From: an uncultured virus (IMG/VR IMGVR_UViG_3300042939_000937)
Taxonomy: Duplodnaviria; Heunggongvirae; Uroviricota; Caudoviricetes
IMG/VR virus record: IMGVR_UViG_3300042939_000937
Strand: one strand, 5' to 3'
Length of the DNA stretch: 64,000 bases
The translations under genes were made by a program, and so were the position numbers. The notes under the pieces are model-generated. The model was not told where the DNA came from. It ran no database searches and was given only the letters and a program-made list of their open reading frames with translations. Shown one piece after another: positions 53,900 through 64,000 of the stretch (position 1 is its first letter; each line of letters starts with the position of its first letter).

Positions 53900-56800
53900 C
53901 TACCCGTTGCCTTCGAGTTCTGAGACCTTCCTCTCCAGCTCGTCGATACGGGCGATGGATTCCTTCAGGGCGGCGGTCAATAGTGGGACAACCATGGAGT
54001 AGTCAACACCTTGGTACTTCGGATTACCATCTGCATCAACTTCGTCCTTTTTGCCTGAAACCGCATGAGGAACAATCTCCTGGAGTTCGTGGGCGAGGAA
54101 ACCTTGTTGCGTAGAGTCCGGATCTGAGATGAAATTGTACTCCCGAACAGGCAGTGCACGAATAGACTCGGTGGCTCCGGTGTACTCGGTGACGTTTTCC
54201 TTGAGGCGGTAGTCAGAGGTGGTGTTGTAGAGTATACCCGTGTTAGTTGCGTTTGAAGTAACACCCCCGATCTGAGTGGCAAAGGCTCGGAAAGTGATGT
54301 AACCCTTGTTTATCCCCGTGTAAGTATTACCGAAGGAAAGTAGGGGGCCGTAGACGTTGTCTTGAATAAAAGCCGTGTCATTGTTTGCAAGAACGGGATT
54401 ACCCGTTGCAGAGGTTCCTTTAATTACAAATCCCTTATACACGCAAACATTACAGCTGCTGTCGCCGGTGAGCCAGATACCGGAGCTGGAAAAGCCGATA
54501 GCGAGCTGGCAAGAGCCAGTGGGAGAGGCGACTTGGACATTCGGTCCGATAGCGACGTTGTTGTCCCCCGTTGTAACAGATTGTCCAGCGTTTGCACCAA
54601 GGAAAACAGAGCAACATCCAGTAACAGCTCCTCCAGCGAGGGTACCAATAGCAACGTTACCGATTGACGTGGTAATCGAGCAACCGGCGCTTGCCCCAAG
54701 CAGAACATTGCAACCACCAGTAGTAATACTGTCGCCGGCACAGTTACCTAAGATGCTGTTGTTAACACCTGCGGTGAGATTACATCCCGCCTGATGACCC
54801 ATGGCAATGTTGCCGGTGCCCGTGAGGTTGCTAAATAAAGCATTGCGACCGACTGCGGTGTTGAATCCTCCAGTGGTCGCACATACCAGAGCAAAGGAGC
54901 CAATAGCGGTATTGTTGGAGGCGCTGGTATTAGACCTCAGTGCGCAGTAACCGACCGCAACGCCGTTGTCACCCGTTGTATTTGAACCCAGGGCACAAAC
55001 ACCCATAGCGGTATTCGCCCCAGCAGTGTTAGCCAACAAGGCATTACACCCGATGGCTGTGTTGAGAGCGGTTGTGCAACCGAGAACGATACCAGCCACG
55101 GTGGGAGTTGCTGCCACGGTGCCGGGTACCCAGCAAACAGCATTGGTACCGGTGCTCGCTAGGACTTGACCGGCGGTACCACAGGAGTTAGCGCAGTCAA
55201 TGATTCCAGCACCAGGTTTGATGGCTTTGGTGCTCGTACCGGTTAACCAGTTGCACGCATTAGAAAAACCAATGGCGAGTTGGCAATCACCTGTCGGTGA
55301 TGTCACGTTGACATTCGGTCCGAGCGCTACGTTCCGGGTGCCGGTTGTGAGTAGTCCGTTAGCAAGAGTACCAACAGCAACGTTGTAGTCCCCAGCTGTT
55401 GTCGAGAAAAGGGTTAGGGCACCTATGCCAACGTTGAAATTGCCTGTTGTATTCAAACACATTGCTTCGCAACCAACTGCGGTGTTACCTGTGCCTGACG
55501 CCGCCAAAGCAGCGTTGCAACCGAGTGAGGTGTTGGTAGCGGTTGTACAACCAAGGACAATGCCCGAAGCAATCGGAGTGGCTGCCACGATGCCGGGCAC
55601 CCAGCAAAGTCCTGTAGTTGCTGTAGAGCAAGCTGCGAGGATCTGACCATTCGTCCCAACGCCGAGAGAAGCTGGCGTATTAGCTGCGGTGCCAGTGACG
55701 AGTGTGCCCTTGGCAGTAACGCAAGCCTTGGGAATATAGGCGGATGCAGCAGCGGCGGGAGTGAGTGCGGTGAGAGTGTCAACGCCAGCTTGTGCCAATG
55801 CGTCGGTTGAGAGGCAAACGGTACCAGCGGAAGTTGTTGTAGCGTAGGGAATAGCGGGAACAGTCAGCCAGCACAGGCCGGTTGCAGCAGTGGAGCAAGC
55901 CACCAAGTACTGGCCATCGGTGCCAACCGGGAGGGCAACCGGAGTATTCGCCCCAGTGGCTGCCAGAAGAGCGCCTTTAGCAGTGTAGTTAGCCAAGGGG
56001 ACGTAGGTAGCGGCAGCCCCAGCGGGAGTAACCGCGAGAGTACCGTCGGTACCAGTTTGAGTCTCCAGGGAAGTGGCCAGTTCAACAACACCTGCAGTGC
56101 TTGTGCTTGCTACGGGGAGGTCGAAACCAACATTCAAAAACGTCCAAGAATAGACGCCAACGGAAACTTCGGACACAAGGAACCAGTCACCGCGAGTGGC
56201 GACGGTTGCAGAACCACCAGGAGGTGTAAGGGTTCCAGGCGTCGTAACGATGACGTAGGTATCTACAGTGGTAGCATCAGCAGCAGGAAGGACAGAACCG
56301 GCAGTGTATCCGGCAGCAGCACCGGCAGAGGTCACACTGGCAACCAACCCTGTGGCAGCGTCGATGGTGCCAGCAAGTTCGATGTTGGGTGTTAAAAGAA
56401 GGGAGTTGATTTGGTCCTGGAGCAGTTTTCCCTGGTTCGCTGTCAGTGCTTGAGTTGTGGAAGTGCTGGTAACAGTGTCGTTGAGTTGAACAGCGCCGGA
56501 AGCAGTTGTGGAGCTAGCAGCAATGCTCACGACCGGAGTAGCACCAGCAGTGACACTAATCGGTGCGGTGCCAGTGACAGCGGTGACGGGGGCCACACCG
56601 TCCGCGGCAGCAGTCAAGCGACCTTGGGCGTCAACAGTGAAGGAACCGTAAGTATAAGAACCAGCGGTAACTGCGGTGTCGGCAAGAGCGACTGTACCTG
56701 CGACAGTAATCGGGCCACCAGTCAAACCCGTTCCGGTTGCCACATTAGTCACTGTGCCGCCAGTCGGAGGAGGACCGGAAGTTGCAGCCGTGATACGACC

Positions 56801-58513
56801 TTGCTGGTCGACGGTAATATTGGCGAGCGTATAAGAGCCGGGGGCAACCGTAGTATCAGCCAGGGAGATTGTGCCGGTTGCGGTGATTGGGCCACCAGTC
56901 AAACCAGTGCCAGTTGCCACGTTAGTCACCGTACCGCCAGTCGGAGGCGCACCTGAAGTTGCAGCCGTGATGCGGCCTTGCTGATCGACGGTGATATTGG
57001 CGAGCGTATAGGAGCCGGGGGTAACCGCAGTATTAGCCAGACCAATAACGGGAGCGGCAGCACTTCCAGAGTTTGTGATTGGGGCAGTTACGGTTGTGTT
57101 CGGGGCTGCACCGGAAGAAGCGGCAGTAAGTCGGCCTTGGGCGTCAACTGTAAGTGAAGCATTGGTATAAGACCCCGGAGCAACCGTAGTATTAGCCAGA
57201 GCGATAGTACCAGTCGAAGTGATAGGGCCACCCGTCAGACCCGTCCCCGTGGCCACGTTGGTAACTGTTCCACCGGGAGGGGGAGTGCCGGAAGCAGCAG
57301 CTGTGATGCGACCTTGGGCGTCAACGGTAATGTTGGCCAGTACGTAGTTACCCGGCGCAACTCCAGTGTTAGTCAGCGCAATCGTACCGCTCGAAGAAAT
57401 CGGGCCGCCGGTCAAACCAGCCCCAGTCGCCACATTAGTTACCGTGCCGCCGCTTGAAGTGCCCCAAGCAAGACCTGAGGCGCAAGCCGCACAGGCACGC
57501 AGAACTTGGCCGTCTGTACCCACTGGAAGGGCAACCGGAATGCCAGCACCGGTACCAGTAATCAAGGCGCCTTTGCCAGTGATGCAAGCGCAGGGGATTC
57601 GCTGGTTCGCCGCGAGGGCCGCAGCATTAGCGGTGGCGTCGGCAGTGTTTGCGGTGGTGAGAGCTGTGGCCGCGTTGGCGTTGGCTGTGGTTGCACAAGA
57701 CAGGGCCGCAGAAGCATTCGTGTTGGCGGTAGTTGCCAGGATCTGTGCGCTACTCGCAGCGTTTGAGGCATTGAGGGCCGAAGTTAGCGCATTGGTTGCG
57801 TCGGTGGCTGCTTGACTCGCCAGGTCGTAAGCGACCTTAACGGTGCGAGGTGTTGCAGCCTGTGCTGTCGAAGTGCTGGTGACAGTGTCGTTGAGTTGGA
57901 CCGCACCGGCCTGAGTCGTAGAGGAGGCAGCGATGGAGACTGTCTGCGGGAAGGTTGAGGTGACAGCGAGAGGTGCTGTGGCCAAAATGCCACCGCCGAA
58001 CGAACCACCAGGAGTGGCAAGGGTGATGCGCCCGTAGGTGTCAACCGTGATGGTTGGGTTGGAGTAGACGCCAGGGGCAACGCCGGATGGCGAGAGTTGG
58101 ATGGTACCGCTGGTCGTGATGGGACCGCCCTGAAGACCAGGACCGGTAGCAACCGAAGTGACTGTGCCAGCCGCAGAAGTGGCAGGCAGCGTGTTGGTAA
58201 TGGTAAAGGAGCCACTGACCCCAGGCGTGATACTAATGCCAGGACCAGCGTTCAGAGAAACGACGCCGGTATTGGTGACGGTGACGACACCGCCGACATT
58301 GGCGGACGCAAAGATGCCGGGGCCAGGCAGAATGGTCGAGACCACGGGGCCACCGCTACCGCCAGCACTGATTGTGCCGGAGCTGTAATCGACGAAGAGG
58401 CCACCGCCGACGATTAGGGGACCCAGAGGGCCAAGGATGTAGAATCCTTCAGGATAGAAGAATGGGCCGTTAGGGATTGGGTTCAGATTATCGGGGGAAA
58501 CCGGAAGTGCCAT
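53900..58513 (-). CDS. Long tail fibre (1537 aa) with S74 chaperone
   Basis: About 6 GTVT.VATG.GL.GGPIT...TVD..GR.T.A repeats; SDYRLKEN...GFLAHE. Confidence 0.9.
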   Translation of the reverse strand: MALPVSPDNLNPIPNGPFFYPEGFYILGPLGPLIVGGGLFVDYSSGTISAGGSGGPVVSTILPGPGIFASANVGGVVTVTNTGVVSLNAGPGISITPGVSGSFTITNTLPATSAAGTVTSVATGPGLQGGPITTSGTIQLSPSGVAPGVYSNPTITVDTYGRITLATPGGSFGGGILATAPLAVTSTFPQTVSIAASSTTQAGAVQLNDTVTSTSTAQAATPRTVKVAYDLASQAATDATNALTSALNASNAASSAQILATTANTNASAALSCATTANANAATALTTANTADATANAAALAANQRIPCACITGKGALITGTGAGIPVALPVGTDGQVLRACAACASGLAWGTSSGGTVTNVATGAGLTGGPISSSGTIALTNTGVAPGNYVLANITVDAQGRITAAASGTPPPGGTVTNVATGTGLTGGPITSTGTIALANTTVAPGSYTNASLTVDAQGRLTAASSGAAPNTTVTAPITNSGSAAAPVIGLANTAVTPGSYTLANITVDQQGRITAATSGAPPTGGTVTNVATGTGLTGGPITATGTISLADTTVAPGSYTLANITVDQQGRITAATSGPPPTGGTVTNVATGTGLTGGPITVAGTVALADTAVTAGSYTYGSFTVDAQGRLTAAADGVAPVTAVTGTAPISVTAGATPVVSIAASSTTASGAVQLNDTVTSTSTTQALTANQGKLLQDQINSLLLTPNIELAGTIDAATGLVASVTSAGAAAGYTAGSVLPAADATTVDTYVIVTTPGTLTPPGGSATVATRGDWFLVSEVSVGVYSWTFLNVGFDLPVASTSTAGVVELATSLETQTGTDGTLAVTPAGAAATYVPLANYTAKGALLAATGANTPVALPVGTDGQYLVACSTAATGLCWLTVPAIPYATTTSAGTVCLSTDALAQAGVDTLTALTPAAAASAYIPKACVTAKGTLVTGTAANTPASLGVGTNGQILAACSTATTGLCWVPGIVAATPIASGIVLGCTTATNTSLGCNAALAASGTGNTAVGCEAMCLNTTGNFNVGIGALTLFSTTAGDYNVAVGTLANGLLTTGTRNVALGPNVNVTSPTGDCQLAIGFSNACNWLTGTSTKAIKPGAGIIDCANSCGTAGQVLASTGTNAVCWVPGTVAATPTVAGIVLGCTTALNTAIGCNALLANTAGANTAMGVCALGSNTTGDNGVAVGYCALRSNTSASNNTAIGSFALVCATTGGFNTAVGRNALFSNLTGTGNIAMGHQAGCNLTAGVNNSILGNCAGDSITTGGCNVLLGASAGCSITTSIGNVAIGTLAGGAVTGCCSVFLGANAGQSVTTGDNNVAIGPNVQVASPTGSCQLAIGFSSSGIWLTGDSSCNVCVYKGFVIKGTSATGNPVLANNDTAFIQDNVYGPLLSFGNTYTGINKGYITFRAFATQIGGVTSNATNTGILYNTTSDYRLKENVTEYTGATESIRALPVREYNFISDPDSTQQGFLAHELQEIVPHAVSGKKDEVDADGNPKYQGVDYSMVVPLLTAALKESIARIDELERKVSELEGNG

Positions 58514-58568
58514 CTTTACTTCTCTGACGCAGGCATATACATGGTTTTACCCTGCCGTTGTACGTGAC

Positions 58569-59855
58569 TTATGCGCCGACCGGTGTCACAGTGATGACAG
58601 CGGAAGGAATGTCGGGACCTCCGAATAAAGAGGTCGCTCCGTACAGAATATTGGACGTATCGTCAGTGGCCCAGTAGAGTTCGAGGTATTGGCCAGCCGT
58701 TAGAGTAACGATGTAGTTCAGTGCTGCACACTCGGCCTCGTTGGTGTTCTTGACGGAGAAGCGAGTATTGGAGTTAGGGATGGGGGTTCCGTTGATAGCA
58801 GGCCAGACTTCGTAGTCACCGCCACCGCCAGGAGTTACAAGCAGTTGAAGAGAAAACTGCACATTGTAAGTGCCCGCAGCAGCAGCTGTGACACGTGAGT
58901 TGCTCACGACGGAGAAGTTATTTGCGCTATCCAGAGTCAGGAACTGGACGGGCTGGGGGGTACTAACAGTGGCAAGAGTTTGCGTAGTGCTCGTGTAAAA
59001 CGACCCGTAGTTGGGTGTGGCGGGAACGACGCCAGCGGCGGCCCACTTGAGCCCGGTAGCACAAGCCGAGTCGGCAGTAAGGACCTGGCCGTTTGTACCC
59101 ACCGGCAGGGCAGTAGGGATGGATGCCCCTGTGCCGGAGACGAGGGCGCCTTTGCCAGTGATGCAAGACTTAGGGATTGCCGCAACCGCAGCGTCGAAGG
59201 CAGTTTTTACAGCGTTGGAAGTGGCGGCCTGAGTGATTGAGGTATCGCTTACAGAGTTAGACAGTTGCACCGCACCCGCTTGTGTGACGGATGCGGCATT
59301 GATTGAGACGGTGGAGGTTGACCCAACCGTGGAAACGTTAATGGGAGAAGTTCCGACAACAGAGCCAATGGCGGTTCCGTTACTCGCCCCTGTGATGCGA
59401 CCTTGGGCATCGACAATGATGCTTGGGTTGGTGTACGTGCCAGGAGTGACGGCAGTGTTTGCGAGTGCGATTGTGCCTGAGACAGTAATCGGGCCACCTG
59501 TCAAACCTGCCCCGGTTGAGACCGTGGTGACAGTTCCGAGGGCGATTGCAGACAGAGTTACGGTGCCGGTACCGGCAGAGGCTGAGATTCCGGGGCCAGG
59601 TACAATGCTTGTAACGCCCGTGTTTGAAACTGTGACGTTACCGGTTGGGCCGGACAATCCGATGCCAAGCCCCGCGATGAGGGTGTTTACACCGCCGCCT
59701 CCGCCAGTGGCGGAGATGACACCGTTTTGATCAACCGAGATGCCCGCCCCCACGATGAGTGGGTTGTAGGCACCCTGGATGATGTACGTCGTCGGCGAGT
59801 AGAAGGGGTCGTTTGGAATCGGTTGGTTTGGATTAAATGAGATAGGCAACGCCAT
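58569..59855 (-). CDS. Short fibre with C-terminal C1q/BclA-like head
   Basis: PIPNDPFYSP N-terminus; AGTYNVQFSLQ...LTAGQYLELYW. Confidence 0.8.
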   Translation of the reverse strand: MALPISFNPNQPIPNDPFYSPTTYIIQGAYNPLIVGAGISVDQNGVISATGGGGGVNTLIAGLGIGLSGPTGNVTVSNTGVTSIVPGPGISASAGTGTVTLSAIALGTVTTVSTGAGLTGGPITVSGTIALANTAVTPGTYTNPSIIVDAQGRITGASNGTAIGSVVGTSPINVSTVGSTSTVSINAASVTQAGAVQLSNSVSDTSITQAATSNAVKTAFDAAVAAIPKSCITGKGALVSGTGASIPTALPVGTNGQVLTADSACATGLKWAAAGVVPATPNYGSFYTSTTQTLATVSTPQPVQFLTLDSANNFSVVSNSRVTAAAAGTYNVQFSLQLLVTPGGGGDYEVWPAINGTPIPNSNTRFSVKNTNEAECAALNYIVTLTAGQYLELYWATDDTSNILYGATSLFGGPDIPSAVITVTPVGA

Positions 59856-59912
59856 GAATCAACCGCTGTCTCTGTATGAGTGGTTTTACCCCTTGTTGAG
59901 TGTTTCGACAGG

Positions 59913-62900
59913 TTATACGATGCAGAGCGCCTCTGGGTTGGAGGCAAGGGTGCCCCAGGTGTTAAAAAAGACTCCGCTCGGTGTTACCTGAACAATTGCG
60001 GCGTTCTGACGGTCGGCAAAGTAAAGGTTACCAAGGCTGTCAAATACTAATCCGAAACCTGCTGTGTATGAACCAGAACCAGTTAGGCTGGAGACAACCC
60101 CTGCTGGAGTAATTTTTCGAATTACGCCCGTGGATCCCAAGAGATAAACGTTGCCGGAGCTGTCGATGTTCATTCCCTTGTAACCGAAGGTCAGTGACGG
60201 CACTGTTGCAAATGTTTGCGTGATAACGCCTGCCGAGGTAATTTTTGATACTGTGCTATTACCGGAGTTAAAGACATAGAGATCACCGGTCGCATTGTTG
60301 CGAGTGATCCAGGTAGGCGAGCTGCCGGGGTTAAGAGAGTATGTCGCTGTGTTGAATCCGGTGGAGGGGCTCGTCTTATAGACGGTATTTGAAACTTGAG
60401 CAGTAGAATAGAGGAATCCGTCGCTGCCGTAAACAATTCCATATGGGGTGTTTCCGGTTAATACCCAGTTGTTTGTGAAAACGTATGAGGACGACGTTTT
60501 GTTAATACCCTGCTGGTTAATACCTACGCTATAAGTGTTACCGCTCGGGTCAACTGCGTATTGAGTAGCAGACATTCCTACTCTTGTAGAAGCAATACCT
60601 GCAGAGGTTACCGAATAGGTGATTCCATTATTATTGGCAATCCAAACAGCGTCCGTGACTGGGTTGTAGATTAACGCAGTTGCAGTGGCTCCGGTTGCGG
60701 GAGAACCGAATTGAGTTCCACTTCCCCCGGCAGGAGAGATCTTGAATACCCCTCCAGAACCGGCCGCAATAATCGTCCCTGAAGCAAAAGCAGTGGTAGT
60801 GACAGTGTTAGAGGGGGAACTGGCCGGTCCGATTCCACCCGCGTTTGTTGCCGTTACGGTAAATGTGTATGCCGTTGCCGAAGCTAACCCAGGCACAGTG
60901 ATTGGCGAGGAAGCACCACTTGCCGTAAGTCCACCGGGGCTGGAAGTTACCGTGTAAGAAGTGATAATCGCACCGCCGCTGCTTGCGGGCGGAGTGAAGC
61001 TGACTGTTGCCGATGTTGCCGAGGCGAGTACCGCAGTAACTGCCGTCGGGGCGCCTGGCACAGCGATGGACACCGGAGTAACAGCAGAACTCGGAGTGCT
61101 GGCAGGACCGGTGCCAACTGCACTAATGGCCGCGACAGTAAAGGTGTAGGAAGTTCCGTTGGTGAGGCCAGTGATGTTGATTGGGGAACTTGCGCCAGTA
61201 GCGGTGAGGCCGCCGGGGGACGAAGTGACGATGTACGAAGTAATCGGCGAAGACCCGGAACTGGCAGGAGGAGTGAATGTGACCGTAGCTTGAGCGTTAC
61301 CCGCCGAAGCCGAGACACCGGTCGGAGCGCCAGGAAGAATACCGGCCACGGGAGTGACGGGAGCACTCGGCGCACTGGCAGTACCAGCACCGACAGCGTT
61401 AGTCGCAGTGACCGTAAAGGTGTAAGGAGTTCCGTTGGTCAGACCGGTGACGGTAATCGGAGAGGAAGTGCCGGTAACAACGATACCGTCTGGGGAAGAG
61501 GTGACGGCGTAGGAAGTGAAGGGAGAGCCAGTTGTCGGAGGGCTGAACGAGACCACCGCCTGGGCGTTACCCGCAACGGCAGACACGGACAGAGGAGCAG
61601 ACGGGGAGCCAGGCTTGCTGGCAGCCCCAAGATAGCTACCGTACCAGGTAACACCCTTGTCGAACGTTGTCAACTCAAAGGCACTCATTACGTTGTTGCC
61701 TGTGCTCGGGTAAGGAGTGGTGCCACCCAGCCAGACGACGCTCGCGGGCCAGTTAAAGGAAGAGGCACTACCGTTACCAAGAATGTAAAGGGTTGTAGTG
61801 TAGCTTGACCCCGCGTCAGGTACGTTCGTAAACGACACACTCGTAACGGACGACGAGAGGGTGAAGTTGTGGATATTGCCGATACCCGCGTCGATTGTGA
61901 TGGCGCCTGCGGTGATTACAGGAGCAGCCTGAGTACCGATAAGTCCGGTTATGGTCGGAGCGGAGGACAGCACAACATTGCCAGTGCCAGTGATACCCTT
62001 CTCGCCTACAGTACCAGCGTTGTCGTAGAGGATGTAAGTGTCGGTGCCACCTGTGATGACCGTGGTATCAACAACCAACGACGGAGTGTAGGTTGTCCAC
62101 TTGAGACCAGTGGCGCAGGTTGAGTCGGCAGTCAGGAACTGGGCGTCTGTACCAACCGGCAGAGCGGCAGGAGTGCTTGCAGCGGTGCCGGTGAGGAGCG
62201 AACCCTTTGCTGTGATACAGGCGCAAGGGATCGCGGGAGCGGGAGGAGTTGCCCAGCAAAGTCCAGTGGAGGCAGCAGCGCACGCAGTCAGAACTTGGTT
62301 GTCAGCGCCAACGCCGAGAGCAACAAAGGTTGCAGCGCCCGTTCCACCAAGAATGTCACCTTTTGCTGTAAAAGCGTTGCAAGGAATGGGAGCTGGACCG
62401 TTGAGTGCTGCAGTGAGGCGACCTTGGGCGTCAACAGTGATCGAAGAGTTGGTGTAGGAACCGGGGATGACCGTTGTGTTTGCCAGAGCGATTGTTCCGG
62501 TCGTAGTGATCGGTCCACCAGTCAATCCGGTTCCCGTTGCAACCGAAGTTACGGTGCCAGAGCAAGGAATCGCCCACTCCATGCCAGAGGTGCAGGCAGA
62601 GTTTGCGGTGAGCATCCGACCGTTTGCACCAACGGGCAGACTAACACAGGTGCAAGTGCCGGTGGCAACAATCAGGTCGCCTTTGAGAGTGAGGGCACTC
62701 TTGGGAATCGCAGCGGCGGCCAAGTCATAGGCCGCTTTGACAGCGGTGCTCGAAGCTATTGTCGTCGAGGAAGTTGTGGAAGTCGAGTCAGAAACCTTCG
62801 ACTGCAGACCGGCAGGAGTAACAGCGCGAGTGGCGTCTGTGCCCGTTTGAGTCTCAGCGTTGGTAGCAAGTTCAACAACACCGGCTACCGTATCTGTGGC

Positions 62901-63998
62901 AGCAGGGGGCTCGTAGCCAATGTTGAGAAACTCCCAGGCATACACGCCAGGAGAAGTCTCCGAAACCAGGAACCAGTCGCCGTTAGTTGCAACGGTCGGA
63001 GTGCCGCCAGGAGGTGTGACTGTGCCAGGAGTTGTGACGATAACGTAGTAGTTCTCGGTCGTTGCACTCGCAGCAGGGAGCACGGAACCAACAGCGAATC
63101 CTGCGGTAGCGCCACCAGAGGTTACGGAGGCAACCAACCCAGTAGAAGCGTTCAGAGTACCAGCAGGGTTCACACCGCCAGAGACGCTAAGGTTTGTGAT
63201 TTGTTGTTGCAGGCAGCAACCCTGAGCAGCAGTCAGCGCCTGAGTCGTGGAGTTGGAGTTAAGAACGTCAGCGAGTTGAACAACGCCAGGGAGCGCGGTG
63301 GTTGCGCTGGCGACGCTGATTTGACCAGCGGGTGTTACCGAGATGTTGGTACCGATGCAGACAACACCCAATGCCGTGGTGGTTGCCGGGGTTGTTCCCC
63401 TCAGCGCCAGTTCATCAATGGCAGCCTGAACGTTGGTGCCAGTCAGACCGGAGGTTGTGTTGCTATAGGTGACGCACAGGGCGCAACCGAGTGACACTCC
63501 CGCAGGCAAAATCGGTGTGGTGCAGAACGTAACCGGCTGACAGAAAGTCGCCGGGCAGGTGAAGGTGGCGGTGTTGCAGAATGTTGTGGGCCCACACAGA
63601 GTGGTAGCGCCACAGTTGGTCACAGCACCGACGTTGGTCGTAGTGCCGCAAGTGATAACATTGTTGCAGTTGGTAACGAGCGAGCAGTTGGTGACAGCGC
63701 CCACGTTTGTTGTCGTACCACAAGTGACAACGTTATTGCAGTTGGTGACCAGCGCACAGTTGGTGACAGCACCCACGTTTGTGGTTGTGCTGCAGTTGAT
63801 GACAGCGCCGCAGTTTGTCGTGGTACCAACAACTGTAGCGTTGCCGCAAGTTACGGTGTTGGAGCAGTTGGTAACGAGGCCGACGTTGGTTGTGGTGCCG
63901 CAAGTGGTGAGGCTGGAGCAGTTGACAACAGCGCCGGTATTTGTGGTGGTGCCGCAGGTGACAACGTTGCTGAAGTTAGTAACGGTGCCGATGTTTGA
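59913..63998 (-). CDS. Large fibre/adhesin (5' end outside window): Cys/Thr hexapeptide repeats, fibre modules, 3 FN3 domains, C-terminal beta-propeller
   Basis: Frame open to the window end; PGAPT.V.A...Y.VTSSP.G...GLTNGT.YTFTV.A x3; NHL-like D..GN.Y repeats. Confidence 0.85.
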   Translation of the reverse strand, partial: SNIGTVTNFSNVVTCGTTTNTGAVVNCSSLTTCGTTTNVGLVTNCSNTVTCGNATVVGTTTNCGAVINCSTTTNVGAVTNCALVTNCNNVVTCGTTTNVGAVTNCSLVTNCNNVITCGTTTNVGAVTNCGATTLCGPTTFCNTATFTCPATFCQPVTFCTTPILPAGVSLGCALCVTYSNTTSGLTGTNVQAAIDELALRGTTPATTTALGVVCIGTNISVTPAGQISVASATTALPGVVQLADVLNSNSTTQALTAAQGCCLQQQITNLSVSGGVNPAGTLNASTGLVASVTSGGATAGFAVGSVLPAASATTENYYVIVTTPGTVTPPGGTPTVATNGDWFLVSETSPGVYAWEFLNIGYEPPAATDTVAGVVELATNAETQTGTDATRAVTPAGLQSKVSDSTSTTSSTTIASSTAVKAAYDLAAAAIPKSALTLKGDLIVATGTCTCVSLPVGANGRMLTANSACTSGMEWAIPCSGTVTSVATGTGLTGGPITTTGTIALANTTVIPGSYTNSSITVDAQGRLTAALNGPAPIPCNAFTAKGDILGGTGAATFVALGVGADNQVLTACAAASTGLCWATPPAPAIPCACITAKGSLLTGTAASTPAALPVGTDAQFLTADSTCATGLKWTTYTPSLVVDTTVITGGTDTYILYDNAGTVGEKGITGTGNVVLSSAPTITGLIGTQAAPVITAGAITIDAGIGNIHNFTLSSSVTSVSFTNVPDAGSSYTTTLYILGNGSASSFNWPASVVWLGGTTPYPSTGNNVMSAFELTTFDKGVTWYGSYLGAASKPGSPSAPLSVSAVAGNAQAVVSFSPPTTGSPFTSYAVTSSPDGIVVTGTSSPITVTGLTNGTPYTFTVTATNAVGAGTASAPSAPVTPVAGILPGAPTGVSASAGNAQATVTFTPPASSGSSPITSYIVTSSPGGLTATGASSPINITGLTNGTSYTFTVAAISAVGTGPASTPSSAVTPVSIAVPGAPTAVTAVLASATSATVSFTPPASSGGAIITSYTVTSSPGGLTASGASSPITVPGLASATAYTFTVTATNAGGIGPASSPSNTVTTTAFASGTIIAAGSGGVFKISPAGGSGTQFGSPATGATATALIYNPVTDAVWIANNNGITYSVTSAGIASTRVGMSATQYAVDPSGNTYSVGINQQGINKTSSSYVFTNNWVLTGNTPYGIVYGSDGFLYSTAQVSNTVYKTSPSTGFNTATYSLNPGSSPTWITRNNATGDLYVFNSGNSTVSKITSAGVITQTFATVPSLTFGYKGMNIDSSGNVYLLGSTGVIRKITPAGVVSSLTGSGSYTAGFGLVFDSLGNLYFADRQNAAIVQVTPSGVFFNTWGTLASNPEALCIV

Positions 63999-64000
63999 GG

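Noticed and set aside
43562..63998. Diversity-generating retroelement or invertible fibre cassette
   Set aside because: No reverse transcriptase, invertase, adenine-specific TR/VR pair or inverted crossover sites seen
1..64000. Alternative genetic code
   Set aside because: Conserved genes are full length under code 11, all three stops terminate genes, and the tRNAs are not suppressors

Overview
A 64-kb segment of a large lytic cyanophage genome (probably contractile-tailed), almost entirely on the minus strand. It holds: a tRNA-Leu/tRNA-Asn pair followed by a strongly structured non-coding region; lysis and cell-wall enzymes; cyanobacterial auxiliary genes (a markedly divergent psbA, two hli, an NblA-like protein, Dps, Hsp20, speD, and a glutamine riboswitch ahead of a DUF4278-type peptide); nucleotide metabolism and replication genes (nrdA with a fused glutaredoxin, nrdB, dCMP deaminase, mazG, thyX, SF3-type helicase, exonucleases); two sigma-70-type factors with two recurrent promoter motifs; six free-standing homing-endonuclease-like genes; a tape-measure/baseplate module; and a large tail-fibre cluster interrupted by glycosyltransferase and sulfotransferase genes. 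The most striking element is a three-gene cassette directly upstream of psbA (7101-12335). The three proteins share a nearly identical 4-Cys N-terminal leader and a Pro/Ala linker but carry different C-terminal enzymes (two ADP-ribosyltransferases, one protein kinase), with small unannotated ORFs between them. This looks like a polymorphic effector system. All functional calls come from motif recognition by eye; no database searches were run.
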